A stretch of 32,000 nucleotides of DNA, taken from the NCBI GenBank assembly GCA_013390905.1, contig JACATG010000005.1, forward strand, positions 1-32,000, written 5' to 3'. Of this stretch, positions 1 through 8,240 are shown one piece after another. How positions within the stretch are numbered: the first letter of the stretch is position 1; each line of letters starts with the position of its first letter. The stretch comes from Marine Group I thaumarchaeote. GTDB taxonomy: Archaea > Thermoproteota > Nitrososphaeria > Nitrososphaerales > Nitrosopumilaceae. The position numbers and the translations under genes were made by a program. Under the pieces are notes generated by a model. It had not been told where the DNA came from. It did not search any database and saw nothing but the letters and a program-made list of their open reading frames with translations.

Positions 1-109
1 GTAAAATACCTCTATGTCCAGCATCTACAATTTGTATTGACGCAGCTGCAACCACTCCAATTATAATTAACACAACAATGCCAATCATAATTCCTTTGGC
101 AGCTCCCAT
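1..109 (-). CDS. partial CDS (N-terminus only, runs off the left edge): membrane-anchored protein, possibly SPFH/band-7 family
   Basis: Reverse-strand ATG at 109 gives MGAAKGIMIGIVVLIIIGVVAAASIQIVDAGHRGIL. This is one hydrophobic helix followed by an IVxAGxRG start as in SPFH/prohibitin-like proteins. Only 36 codons are visible. Confidence 0.35.
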   Translation of the reverse strand, partial: MGAAKGIMIGIVVLIIIGVVAAASIQIVDAGHRGIL

Positions 110-300
110 ATTCACATTAATTTTTGGGGTTTCATAGCGAGACAATTTCTAAATAAATTTGGGTTAACGCCATAACCATACCATTGGGCTACGTAACAAA
201 TGTCCCAAATACTTTGATCTAGTTTGAGTGATCTCTCTTCTAATTCTCGTTGACTAATTTACTATTTTTCACTAATTAGGTTATAATAATTTCAATTCCT

Positions 301-636
301 TCATTTTAGACTCTTTACATCAATCTTTCCGACAAATGCCTTGTTTTTTATAATTACAATGGGACGTAAGATTAATCCTGGATATTTTACCATTAATTTG
401 ATTAGCTGTTCATCCGTCTTTTTGTTACTATCCAAATTGAGTTCTTTGTAGATTTTATCTCTTTTTCTGAGAAATTCTGATGGTTTTTTCTCTGCCATTT
501 TGATGATCTTTTTTAGTTCTGTCTCTGAAAATGGGTCTTTGAAAAAATCACGCTTCTCAATATCTGAGCTCATTTTCTCCATTTCTGTAATTGCTTTTTT
601 ACACGTGATACATGTTGACTTGTGATATATCTGCAA
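301..636 (-). CDS. ArsC/Spx-family thioredoxin-fold protein
   Basis: 111 aa. N-terminal MQIYHKSTCITCKKA (Cys-containing start) and C-terminal KYPGLILRPIVI..AFVG match the ArsC/Spx/YffB family layout. Confidence 0.7.
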   Translation of the reverse strand: MQIYHKSTCITCKKAITEMEKMSSDIEKRDFFKDPFSETELKKIIKMAEKKPSEFLRKRDKIYKELNLDSNKKTDEQLIKLMVKYPGLILRPIVIIKNKAFVGKIDVKSLK

Positions 637-728
637 TTCATTTTTAATGCCTAAAATAGCTTAAAAATTGTTTAGTAATAATAATTCTAGACTTAAAAAT
701 TAGCAAAATCAATACCTGTTACTATTGT

Positions 729-749
729 GATAATTATTACAGGTTTCAT
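729..749. repeat. 21-bp direct repeat, copy 1 (gataattattacaggtttcat), overlapping the HNH gene stop codon
   Basis: Identical 21-mer at 1090-1110. On the reverse strand it starts a mini-ORF, MKPVIIITIVTGIDFANF, whose ATG overlaps the HNH stop (ATGA). Confidence 0.85.
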
Positions 750-1069
750 TTCTTAGCCCTCTTCATTTGATTCTGTTTGCGAGTTCTTGCTGCCTTTGCA
801 CCTGCATCCTTCATCAGTTTTTTCCAGTTGGCTTTGGGCATTGTCTCAACAAAGTCACGTCTTGGTAATAACTGCTCAATTGTGATTAAATCAATGTCAA
901 AGAGTCTATGACACTTTATGCAAAGCCAACAAAGATTTTCAGGATTGTTGTTTTTGTGATTTCCGTCAACATGAGCAACTTCTAGTATATCCTTGTTACT
1001 ATCCATACACCAAACGCAGATTTGGTTCTTGTAGTGATTACCTGCTATCTTTCGGTAGTCTTTGCTCAT
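746..1069 (-). CDS. HNH endonuclease
   Basis: 107 aa with CVWC ... VAHVDGNHKNNNPENLCWLCIKCHRLFD, a canonical HNH (His-Asn-His plus CxxC zinc) motif. Basic C-terminal tail. Confidence 0.8.
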   Translation of the reverse strand: MSKDYRKIAGNHYKNQICVWCMDSNKDILEVAHVDGNHKNNNPENLCWLCIKCHRLFDIDLITIEQLLPRRDFVETMPKANWKKLMKDAGAKAARTRKQNQMKRAKK

Positions 1070-1089
1070 TTATGTCTCCTCATACGTGC

Positions 1090-1110
1090 GATAATTATTA
1101 CAGGTTTCAT
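1090..1110. repeat. 21-bp direct repeat, copy 2, just upstream of the HNH gene
   Basis: Identical to 729-749. On the reverse strand it starts the mini-ORF MKPVIIIARMRRHK, whose TGA overlaps the HNH ATG (ATGA). Confidence 0.85.
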
Positions 1111-1239
1111 AATTTCTACTTCTTATTCTATTATTTCAGGAATTCAGATGTGCTGGGGGTCTTACCCTCAGACCCCTACTTTTTTCTTCCTTTAAAATAA
1201 GAAAAAATTCAAATTCATCCATTCTTATTCATTAGTAAG

Positions 1240-1374
1240 ATGATTTGTGCTGCATGTGAGACAAGAAAACATTATGAGTGTGTTGATTGCATGAATAATC
1301 ATAAAACCCACCTATGTACATGTGATTGTCATGATGAAAACACTGAACCTCACAAAACTGGAAAATCTCACTGA
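1240..1374 (+). CDS. small Cys/His-rich protein (44 aa), putative metal-binding
   Basis: Translated by hand: MICAACETRKHYECVDCMNNHKTHLCTCDCHDENTEPHKTGKSH. It has 8 Cys including CxxC and CxxC pairs. TATA-like tttaaaata lies about 45 bp upstream. Below the ORF-track size cutoff. Confidence 0.35.
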   Translation: MICAACETRKHYECVDCMNNHKTHLCTCDCHDENTEPHKTGKSH

Positions 1375-1376
1375 TC

Positions 1377-2057
1377 TTAATACTTGAATTTTCTTTCAAT
1401 CTCTTGGGCCATAGCTTCTAACTGACTTGTATCTCCCAACTTTCGGTAGGTTAATTTTTCAAGGGTTTTGATAATACTAATTGCTGCCCTGTATTGTGGA
1501 ATATCAGGCTCATTTAGTTCTCCATACATGCCAATACCATGAATCCCATTTTTTTTTGCAAAACCTAGAATCAATCCATTGAATCCAGTAATTATTGATT
1601 TTTGGGGGGTTGTTTCCACATTAAGCCCCTTCATCTGTTTTGTCAGCTCCATGGATGTTGTTGTGATGTATGTCTTAGGATTGTTATCTAAAACTCTGTT
1701 AGTCTGAAAACCTCCTAGTGTGTAGATAAACTTTGCAGAATATTTTTTTACAATATCAATTACATCCTGACATAACGCATTTATCTCCCTATTACCTTGA
1801 GGTTGCCCTTTTCCTCCCCCAAATATTATCAAGTCTTCTGTATACTTATACTCCCAGCTTTCATTTGGAAGATCAATGTATCCGCCTCTATCAATCACAT
1901 ATGTTGGATCTAACGTCCTTGCAATTCTGAATATTTTTGTTCTCAAAGAATCGTTGATAAAATTTACTACAATACTTCCAACATTTCCCATATCTTGCAT
2001 TGCTGCAATCACAATTGGTTTTTTCACGTTTGGTTCAATATCTTGTGTAAACTCCAT
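1377..2057 (-). CDS. PAC2-family proteasome assembly chaperone-like protein
   Basis: 226 aa. The layout (IAAMQDMGNVGSIVVNFI..., LIIFGGGKGQP, FIYTLGGF, ITGFNGLILGFAKKNGIHGIGMYGE) resembles the archaeal PAC2/PbaA-PbaB family. Confidence 0.7.
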   Translation of the reverse strand: MEFTQDIEPNVKKPIVIAAMQDMGNVGSIVVNFINDSLRTKIFRIARTLDPTYVIDRGGYIDLPNESWEYKYTEDLIIFGGGKGQPQGNREINALCQDVIDIVKKYSAKFIYTLGGFQTNRVLDNNPKTYITTTSMELTKQMKGLNVETTPQKSIITGFNGLILGFAKKNGIHGIGMYGELNEPDIPQYRAAISIIKTLEKLTYRKLGDTSQLEAMAQEIERKFKY

Positions 2058-2120
2058 AATTTTTCTGAATTGTAATGAATTTTAAACCTATACTGTGATT
2101 AAAAAACAAAAGAATTTTTT

Positions 2121-2579
2121 TTATGTGTAATATCTTTTAAAGCCTTTATCAGTTGGGTAAAGCTCTATTTTAATTCCAGAAAATCCCTTTTTCTTAATCA
2201 CCTTCATCAATCCCTGCTCTTCTAAATCTTTCAAAATATTTTCTAATTTTTGATTATCTATGTCTAGCTTTTTTTGAATTTTATTGAACTCTTTAACGCC
2301 TTTGTTTAACTCTCCTAGAACCTGCATCTCTTTGGTTTGTGGTCTTTGAGATGATTCTTGTCTTTGAGATGATTCTTGTCTTTCAAACGATTCTTGTCTT
2401 TCAAACGATTCTTGTCTTTGTTCTATTCTGGAATAATTTGGAGTAAACTGGTTTTCACTAACTGTTTTGTTTCCTTTTCGCCATTTTTTCACTAAGCGAG
2501 GAATTATTCTTGCTAGTGGAATTAGGAAAAATATCAAATAAATCCACATAAAACCTTGCTCAGCCATGCCTAAAATCAT
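2121..2579 (-). CDS. membrane-anchored protein with hexapeptide-repeat linker and C-terminal winged-helix-like domain
   Basis: 152 aa with an N-terminal TM helix (WIYLIFFLIPLARII). The linker is (QESFER)x2(QESSQR)x2. The C-terminal part, LGELNKGVKEFNKIQKKLDIDNQKLENILKDLEEQGLM, looks like a wHTH. Confidence 0.6.
   Translation of the reverse strand: MILGMAEQGFMWIYLIFFLIPLARIIPRLVKKWRKGNKTVSENQFTPNYSRIEQRQESFERQESFERQESSQRQESSQRPQTKEMQVLGELNKGVKEFNKIQKKLDIDNQKLENILKDLEEQGLMKVIKKKGFSGIKIELYPTDKGFKRYYT
2344..2415. repeat. 4 x 18-bp tandem repeat inside the 2121-2579 CDS
   Basis: tctttgagatgattcttg x2 followed by tctttcaaacgattcttg x2. Encodes QESSQR/QESFER repeats on the reverse strand. Confidence 0.9.
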
Positions 2580-2773
2580 ATGTAATGACTCGTTATTTGT
2601 TATTTTGTATCGTGAATTGATGCTTTATCGAGGCTAACCATCTTTTGCCGAAATTTTCCCATTGTATAGACGCTAATTGATATTTTAACTCTTGGAGGGA
2701 TTTATTTGATTTTTTAATGGTTTAAAATGACATGAAAGATTCATAAGGCAAAAAAATTACACATCGACAAATT

Positions 2774-4498
2774 ATGGCAACATCACTAGAAACCATTGGT
2801 ACATTGGAATATGTTCTTGATAAATATTCTAAAATCTGGAGCTGGAAAATTTCTGGTGATCGTGCAGTAAGTATGATCTCAAGACTAGTTCCTGAATCTT
2901 GGTATGGTGAAAATGTAAACGAAGTAATTATTCCTGATAGCACTGAAAACCTCAAACAAATCAAATTAATAATGGATAGATACCCACTTGAAATTTTATC
3001 AAAATATGCCTGGCAAAGAAAAATTGTAAAGACTTTTGCACCAAAACCTACTTTGCCTCCAATTAAACACAAATTAAAACGCGCAAAAGCTGGCGAACAA
3101 TTCCGAGGAAAGCTTTTAAATTTTCAAAAAGAAGGACTAGACTTTTTGCTAAAATCTTCTGGTAATGCGTTACTTGCTGACGAGATGGGTCTTGGAAAAA
3201 CTGTGGAGACGTTATCATATGTAGCTACTGAAAAGCAAACATTTCCTGTACTTGTTATTGCGCCATTAGTTACATTAACTAATTGGCAACGAGAGATTGC
3301 AAAGTTTCTCAAGAAAAAAAGTAGGAATGGACGAATAATAGAATCAGAATCCCCTAGCGTTACACTTATTCGAACTGGAAAATCTAAACAACTTCCAAAA
3401 ACTGACATTTATGTTATTAATTATGAATTACTTTTCAAGAGAAATTTTGATTTGTCCCAACTTGGAATAAGGACAATAGTGTGTGATGAGGTGCAAAACC
3501 TAAGGTCTAAAACCACCCAGAAATACAAGGCAGTCAAAAAACTTGCAGCACTTCCCTCGATATTGTATAGAATTGGCCTTTCTGGTACTCCAATTTACAA
3601 TCACGGTTCAGAAATCTGGCCAATAATTGATATCATTAAACCCGGACTACTTGGGAACTTTAAGGAATTTTGTGAGTACTTTTGTTATGTCAACGATAAG
3701 GGAAAGGCCATTGTTTTAGAAAATAAGAGAGCTTCACTTAGACATGAATTGCAAAAACATGTAATGCTTAGAAGAAAAAAATCTGATGTCCTAAAAGAAC
3801 TCAAAGATAAGGTTCGTTACAAAGAAGTCATTGCATGTGATACTGATTATTATCTTGAAGAACTTGATAAAATCTGGAAGAAGCTTGAACAAGAGCAAAA
3901 AGATGCAGAGACAGAATTCTCAAAGTCTGCTGCATATCAACGAGCAATTCAGAGCGAGAGACAGATTGCAGGTATTGCAAAGCTCCCACATGTAATTAAT
4001 TTTGTTAAAAACATTATGGAGATTGAAGAAAGTGTTGTAGTATTTTGTCACCACAGGGTAATTCATAAACTACTTCATGAAAGTCTTCAGGAGTTTTCCC
4101 CTGTTGCTATAATTGGTGGACAAACAGATTCATTTAGACAAGGTCAAATTGATAAATTCCAAAATGGAGAATCAAAACTAATGATTGCCGGTCTTCGTGC
4201 AGGAAATATAGGAATCAATTTGACTAGAGCAAAATATGTTATCTTTGCAGAACTTGATTGGAGTCCTGCAATCCATAGACAAGCAGAAGACAGACTCCAC
4301 AGAATCGGTCAGAAAAATACTGTCTTTGCATACTACTTGATTGGAAATGGAACGCTAGATGATCATGTTGCAGACATCTTGGTAGATAAGAGCTTTGAGA
4401 TTGATGCAATAATGGATGAGTCAGTTGATAACTACGAAAACAAGAACAAAGCAGAGCTAATCTTAGCTCAAATACAAGACAAGATTCGCTCAAAATAA
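2774..4498 (+). CDS. SNF2/Rad54-family DNA-dependent ATPase (helicase superfamily 2)
   Basis: 574 aa. Motif I LADEMGLGKT, motif II VCDEVQNL, motif III LSGTPIYN. Helicase-C motifs GINLTRAKYVIFAELDWSPAIHRQAEDRLHRIGQ. Confidence 0.9.
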   Translation: MATSLETIGTLEYVLDKYSKIWSWKISGDRAVSMISRLVPESWYGENVNEVIIPDSTENLKQIKLIMDRYPLEILSKYAWQRKIVKTFAPKPTLPPIKHKLKRAKAGEQFRGKLLNFQKEGLDFLLKSSGNALLADEMGLGKTVETLSYVATEKQTFPVLVIAPLVTLTNWQREIAKFLKKKSRNGRIIESESPSVTLIRTGKSKQLPKTDIYVINYELLFKRNFDLSQLGIRTIVCDEVQNLRSKTTQKYKAVKKLAALPSILYRIGLSGTPIYNHGSEIWPIIDIIKPGLLGNFKEFCEYFCYVNDKGKAIVLENKRASLRHELQKHVMLRRKKSDVLKELKDKVRYKEVIACDTDYYLEELDKIWKKLEQEQKDAETEFSKSAAYQRAIQSERQIAGIAKLPHVINFVKNIMEIEESVVVFCHHRVIHKLLHESLQEFSPVAIIGGQTDSFRQGQIDKFQNGESKLMIAGLRAGNIGINLTRAKYVIFAELDWSPAIHRQAEDRLHRIGQKNTVFAYYLIGNGTLDDHVADILVDKSFEIDAIMDESVDNYENKNKAELILAQIQDKIRSK

Positions 4499-5113
4499 CT
4501 AAATCTCTAACCTATCTTTTAATTTAGATAATTTTTCAGAAATGCTATCTTTTTTTGATTGATCTATCTGAGAGTCATGAATCTCCTTTACAATCTCATT
4601 AACTAAACTTAAAATCTCCCGTACTGGTTTGGATTTATCAAAATTTATGTTGTCAAACCCGTCTATCTCTGTCCTATCAATCTTATCTACTCCTTCAGGC
4701 AATATCTCGTAAACTTTTACAAGTTTATCCTCTATTCTCTGTGGCGACATTAGAACAAACTGATTTTTCCTTAATTTCTCTAAATCTTCTACAAGTTTAT
4801 CTTCCGATATTCTAAGAATGTCTACAATTTGTACTATAGTAGAAGACTTTATCTGAAGAAGACGCAATATTTTTGCCCACGTTGGAACATTATTACTCCA
4901 AAGAATCTCTCGAGCAAGATCTGTAATTGAAAAAGAACCATCACTATTTAGTGATATCATCTTTCTGTCTTTTAGTGATGCAAGTGTATCGAGAATTTTT
5001 CCAACCCCGAACCTCTTTAACTCTGAATTCTCTAGATTGTTTTCATTAAACGTTCCATTCTTTTCAATTGCCAAGTTCAAAACTTCTAAATCAACTGTTC
5101 CTAGTTTTCTCAT
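4499..5113 (-). CDS. hypothetical protein, possible tandem winged-helix DNA-binding protein
   Basis: 204-aa ORF with no competing frame. Two segments resemble wHTH folds (GKILDTLASLKDRKMISL; TIVQIVDILRISEDKLVEDLEKLRKNQFV). Convergent with and abutting the SNF2 gene. Confidence 0.55.
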   Translation of the reverse strand: MRKLGTVDLEVLNLAIEKNGTFNENNLENSELKRFGVGKILDTLASLKDRKMISLNSDGSFSITDLAREILWSNNVPTWAKILRLLQIKSSTIVQIVDILRISEDKLVEDLEKLRKNQFVLMSPQRIEDKLVKVYEILPEGVDKIDRTEIDGFDNINFDKSKPVREILSLVNEIVKEIHDSQIDQSKKDSISEKLSKLKDRLEI

Positions 5114-5234
5114 ATTTTGTAATGCCCTCCAAGATTAATCACCATTTCTATCATAATCAAAAATGTTTTTTCAATAAATACTTGATTCAACTTTTGTTCT
5201 TGAAGAATATATGTGGACACAAATAATTTAATTT

Positions 5235-5858
5235 ATGGTCAATTATCAACTTCCAAAATTGCCTTATGCATATGATGAATTAGAACCATTCATTGATACA
5301 GAAACAATGAAGATTCATCATCAAAAACATCATCAAGCATACGTTGACGGGCTTAACAAATCACTTGAACAAGTCGGTAGCGCATCACACCCACAATATA
5401 TCTCATCTATTCTATCTGATTTAAAATCAATTCCTGAATCAGGACGAAGTGCAATCAACTTTTTTGGTGGAGGTTTTGAGAATCATAGATTATTTTGGGA
5501 AACGATGATTCCAAACAGTGATGGCAAACCTGGAGGAAAACTAGAAGATTCAATTGATGTTTATTTTAATAACTTTGAGAATTTTAAGAAAGTTTTTTCA
5601 GAAAAAGCAACTGCAATTCAAGGAAGTGGTTGGTGTTGGTTAGTTTTCAATCAGACTTATAATAAAATTGAAATCATTACAACTCCAAATCAGGATAGTC
5701 CTTGGATTCTTCAAAAAATACCTTTGTTGGGATTGGATGTTTGGGAGCATGCATACTATCTAAAGTATCAAAACAAAAGACCTGATTATATTGACGCTTG
5801 GTGGAATGTTATCAATTGGGATTATGTGGGAAATCGTTTCTCAGAACTTCCGGGATAA
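5235..5858 (+). CDS. sod: Fe/Mn superoxide dismutase
   Basis: 207 aa. LPYAYDELEPFID, HHQKHHQAYV and DVWEHAYYLKYQNKRPDYI are hallmark Fe/Mn-SOD motifs, including the metal ligands. Confidence 0.95.
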   Translation: MVNYQLPKLPYAYDELEPFIDTETMKIHHQKHHQAYVDGLNKSLEQVGSASHPQYISSILSDLKSIPESGRSAINFFGGGFENHRLFWETMIPNSDGKPGGKLEDSIDVYFNNFENFKKVFSEKATAIQGSGWCWLVFNQTYNKIEIITTPNQDSPWILQKIPLLGLDVWEHAYYLKYQNKRPDYIDAWWNVINWDYVGNRFSELPG

Positions 5859-6005
5859 AATGATCAGATAATTAGATTTTATGCATCATTTCCATAGAAT
5901 TACCTACCTAATCCAAACCGTGACTTGATGAAATTCAATTTACATTTAATTACTTTTGAAAACTTATTCACTAATGTTTTTGTATTGCTGTGGCTGTGTG
6001 TCTAT

Positions 6006-6339
6006 GTGAAAATAACAATTATCATATTATTTGTAATTGGATTTTTACTAACTTCTGCTTTTTCTCTAAATGATGCATTTGCAGCTACTACTTTTGTAGA
6101 CGCCTTTGATGTATCCAGTCAGGAAACAGCTCCTACAGATCTTGCATTCAACACAGATGGGACAAAGATGTTGTGATAGGTACTGCTGGGGATGACGTCA
6201 ACGAGTATGCATGTACTACTGGATTTGATGTATCGACTTGTTCTTATTCTGGTGATTCTGAAAGATTTTCAGTATCCGGTCAGGAACTATTTCCTAGAGG
6301 TCTTGCATTCAACACAGATGGGACAAAGATGTTTGTTTA
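6006..6339 (+). pseudogene. frameshifted, truncated 5-prime remnant of a secreted repeat protein (LAFNTDGTKMFV-type repeats)
   Basis: A GTG at 6006 gives the signal peptide VKITIIILFVIGFLLTSAFSLNDAFA. The first repeat ends ...LAFNTDGTKML then TGA at 6174-6176. The +1 frame continues IGTAGDDVNEYACTTGFDVSTCSYSGDSERFSVSGQELFPRGLAFNTDGTKMFV then TAG. A 32-bp exact repeat occurs at 6141-6172 and 6302-6333. Confidence 0.5.
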
Positions 6340-6347
6340 GATTGTAG

Positions 6348-6581
6348 ATGACTCGTAAAATTAATTTACTAGTTGGTGGAGTTGCTATTTTGTGTTTTAC
6401 CGCTCTTGTTTTTGTTCCATGGGGCGAAGAAAAACAGGAATACACCATAACAGATGACCTTGAGATTCCAAGAATTGAGAAAACAGTAGATGAAGTAGTA
6501 GAACCACCAATAGAGAAACCATCTAAAAAATCAGAAATTTGGTTTTATTCATTCTTTGATTGGTTAGGCGGATTGTTCTAA
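6348..6581 (+). CDS. hypothetical membrane-anchored protein
   Basis: 77-aa ORF with an N-terminal TM helix (LLVGGVAILCFTALVFV) followed by an acidic, Pro-rich segment. Confidence 0.45.
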   Translation: MTRKINLLVGGVAILCFTALVFVPWGEEKQEYTITDDLEIPRIEKTVDEVVEPPIEKPSKKSEIWFYSFFDWLGGLF

Positions 6582-6772
6582 AGTAATTAGAGAGTTAAAG
6601 AAATTAAAAGAAATTATCTAATCTGATCAAGTGGGCAATATGCCAAACACACTTTCTATGATACCCATTCTCATATCTTATTCTTATTTCATCAAATGGC
6701 ATTTGCTTATGACAACATGAACAATAGACTATCAATAATCATCAAAGTGGTTCTAATGATTAAGGCAGTAGG

Positions 6773-6916
6773 TTATTGTGATAAATGTCTAAATTTGTAA
6801 TGACATCTCTTATTGCAAAACCAATCAAGACCACCCAAATATTCTACATGATCACACTTGCCACAAAATTTGCATTTTATAATACTCTTAATTCTTTTTT
6901 CATCTTTCCTCGCCAT
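6773..6916 (-). CDS. small Cys-rich putative zinc-binding protein (47 aa)
   Basis: Hand translation: MARKDEKRIKSIIKCKFCGKCDHVEYLGGLDWFCNKRCHYKFRHLSQ, with CxxCxxC and CxxxC motifs. It looks more protein-like than the overlapping low-complexity + strand ORF 6785-7045. Confidence 0.35.
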   Translation of the reverse strand: MARKDEKRIKSIIKCKFCGKCDHVEYLGGLDWFCNKRCHYKFRHLSQ

Positions 6917-7260
6917 ATCCTATCTAAAACCTGTGATAAAATAAAGACCTACTATGATTGCACCTATAGGAAATGCCCAACTGATCAATCTATTCATAAT
7001 AATGAAAGACCTACAATACCAAAAATAATTTCAAAATATTGGTAGTTTGGGAATATGATTTACAGAAAAATCTGAAAGAAATTACCACAAAGATTCTAAA
7101 ATTTGCTAAATCCTAACTGAGATAATCTTTGTGTATAATCATACACAAAAGTAAGAAGGTTTTGATATTTATAGAGATGAGCAGAAAGGTGACTTTACTT
7201 TCCTTGAATCAAGAAAATTGTAAAAATGACTGAAAATTATCAAAATATTCCATTAAAAGT

Positions 7261-7896
7261 ATGGTACAGTCAATGTGGAGCATATACGGAGGAGAAGAAA
7301 TGATTACTAGAAAAAAATTTGATTTCATAAAGGAAAATTACAGTCAGTATGCTAGCTGGGCAGTTTGGGCTGAACAAGAGGAGAAACCAAAAAGCAAGAT
7401 GGGAGACCTGACGATTTTAGATCCGGACATAAATGAAAATCTACTTTCTGAGCTAAATCCTGAAGTGGTATTAGTGGCTCTAAACTTTTCATTAGATGTA
7501 AAACACCAACCATGGGGTAATTTTCACAGCCACAGACCTAATGCAACGGATTACAAGACAAGATTTGCACTCAAAGGTTCTACTTTGTGGGGCGGTTACA
7601 TGACAGATATTATCAAAAACTATCCTGAGAAAGAATCTGGCAACGTCAGTGTTTATTTGAAATTACATAGAGAATTTGAACGGAATAACATAAAATTTTT
7701 CAGAAAAGAACTCAAAGATATAGGAGCAAATAATCCGCTGCTTGTTGCCTTTGGAAATGAGGTTAACGATGTCTTGAACAGAAACATTACAGATTTAGAA
7801 ATACTGAAGATTCCACACTATGCAAGCCATCAAGGTGCAGCACCATACAGAGAAGAAGTTTTGAAGCTGATAAAAAATCGGGCCAGGGGAAATTGA
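7261..7896 (+). CDS. hypothetical protein; motif order is reminiscent of the uracil-DNA glycosylase superfamily fold
   Basis: 211-aa ORF; the alternative ATG at 7300 is preceded by ggagga. Segments VVLVALNFS ... GGYMTDIIKNY ... LLVAFGNEV ... ILKIPHYASH follow the beta-strand/motif order of UDG-like enzymes. The function is unverified. Confidence 0.6.
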   Translation: MVQSMWSIYGGEEMITRKKFDFIKENYSQYASWAVWAEQEEKPKSKMGDLTILDPDINENLLSELNPEVVLVALNFSLDVKHQPWGNFHSHRPNATDYKTRFALKGSTLWGGYMTDIIKNYPEKESGNVSVYLKLHREFERNNIKFFRKELKDIGANNPLLVAFGNEVNDVLNRNITDLEILKIPHYASHQGAAPYREEVLKLIKNRARGN

Positions 7897-8019
7897 TTTT
7901 TTGAATATTATTTACTTTTTAGGTATATTTTCATAAAATTGCTCAAAGTGGCTTCCACTATTTTTTTCTCGTGCTATTTTTTTAGTGGCTTTAATATACT
8001 GATTCTGTACAGGAATGAT

Positions 8020-8172
8020 ATGAGCCAAAAAGCCGATGGAGAATTTTGGAGACATGAATGTAACAGATGTTATGAAATTTGGTATTCTAGGAATGAATCT
8101 CCTGGAACCTGTACAAACATTAAATGCAGATCTCCTTTTTGGAATAAAAAACGTGTGCGTAATAGAAATTAA
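8020..8172 (+). CDS. small zinc-ribbon protein (50 aa)
   Basis: An internal ATG of ORF 7939-8172 gives MSQKADGEFWRHECNRCYEIWYSRNESPGTCTNIKCRSPFWNKKRVRNRN (CxxC ... CxxxxC) with a basic tail. The upstream 27 codons are low complexity. Confidence 0.45.
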   Translation: MSQKADGEFWRHECNRCYEIWYSRNESPGTCTNIKCRSPFWNKKRVRNRN

Positions 8173-8174
8173 TT

Positions 8175-8191
8175 CTGTAATAATTATCGCA
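8175..8191. repeat. third, inverted and partial copy of the HNH-flanking repeat
   Basis: ctgtaataattatcgca is the reverse complement of 1087-1103 (tgcgataattattacag), a 17/17 match. It lies 3 nt after the stop of the zinc-ribbon ORF. Confidence 0.7.
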
Positions 8192-8240
8192 TTAGCATAT
8201 TTTTCTTCAATCTAGTAGACGCATAGAGGAATTTTAATCT

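Noticed and set aside
1733-2085. + strand ORFs 1733-1930 and 1876-2085, overlapping the PAC2-like gene
   Set aside because: Antisense to a well-supported CDS, with hydrophobic low-complexity translation. The same reasoning applies to 2722-3072, 3124-3408 and 4239-4493 (antisense to SNF2); 8872-9054; 11693-11977; 12545-12781; 12839-13030; 14275-14481; 14457-14684; 14890-15147; 15688-15903; 19547-19759; 19893-20084; 20469-20678; 21001-21228; 27198-27443; 27583-27858; 28819-29013; and 31682-31885.
2344-2415. Possible CRISPR-like array
   Set aside because: The repeats are contiguous 18-mers with no spacers, and they lie inside an ORF where they encode hexapeptide repeats. No CRISPR array is seen anywhere in the window.
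6785-7045. 86-aa + strand ORF
   Set aside because: Its composition is low-complexity and AT-codon driven. The reverse strand carries a more convincing 47-aa Cys-rich ORF (6773-6916).
1087-8191. Inverted 17-bp copies (1087-1103 and 8175-8191) as the ends of a 7-kb mobile element
   Set aside because: The interval contains apparent core genes (PAC2 chaperone, SNF2 helicase, SOD), and no target duplication is visible. This is more likely a recurrent short motif associated with small cassettes.
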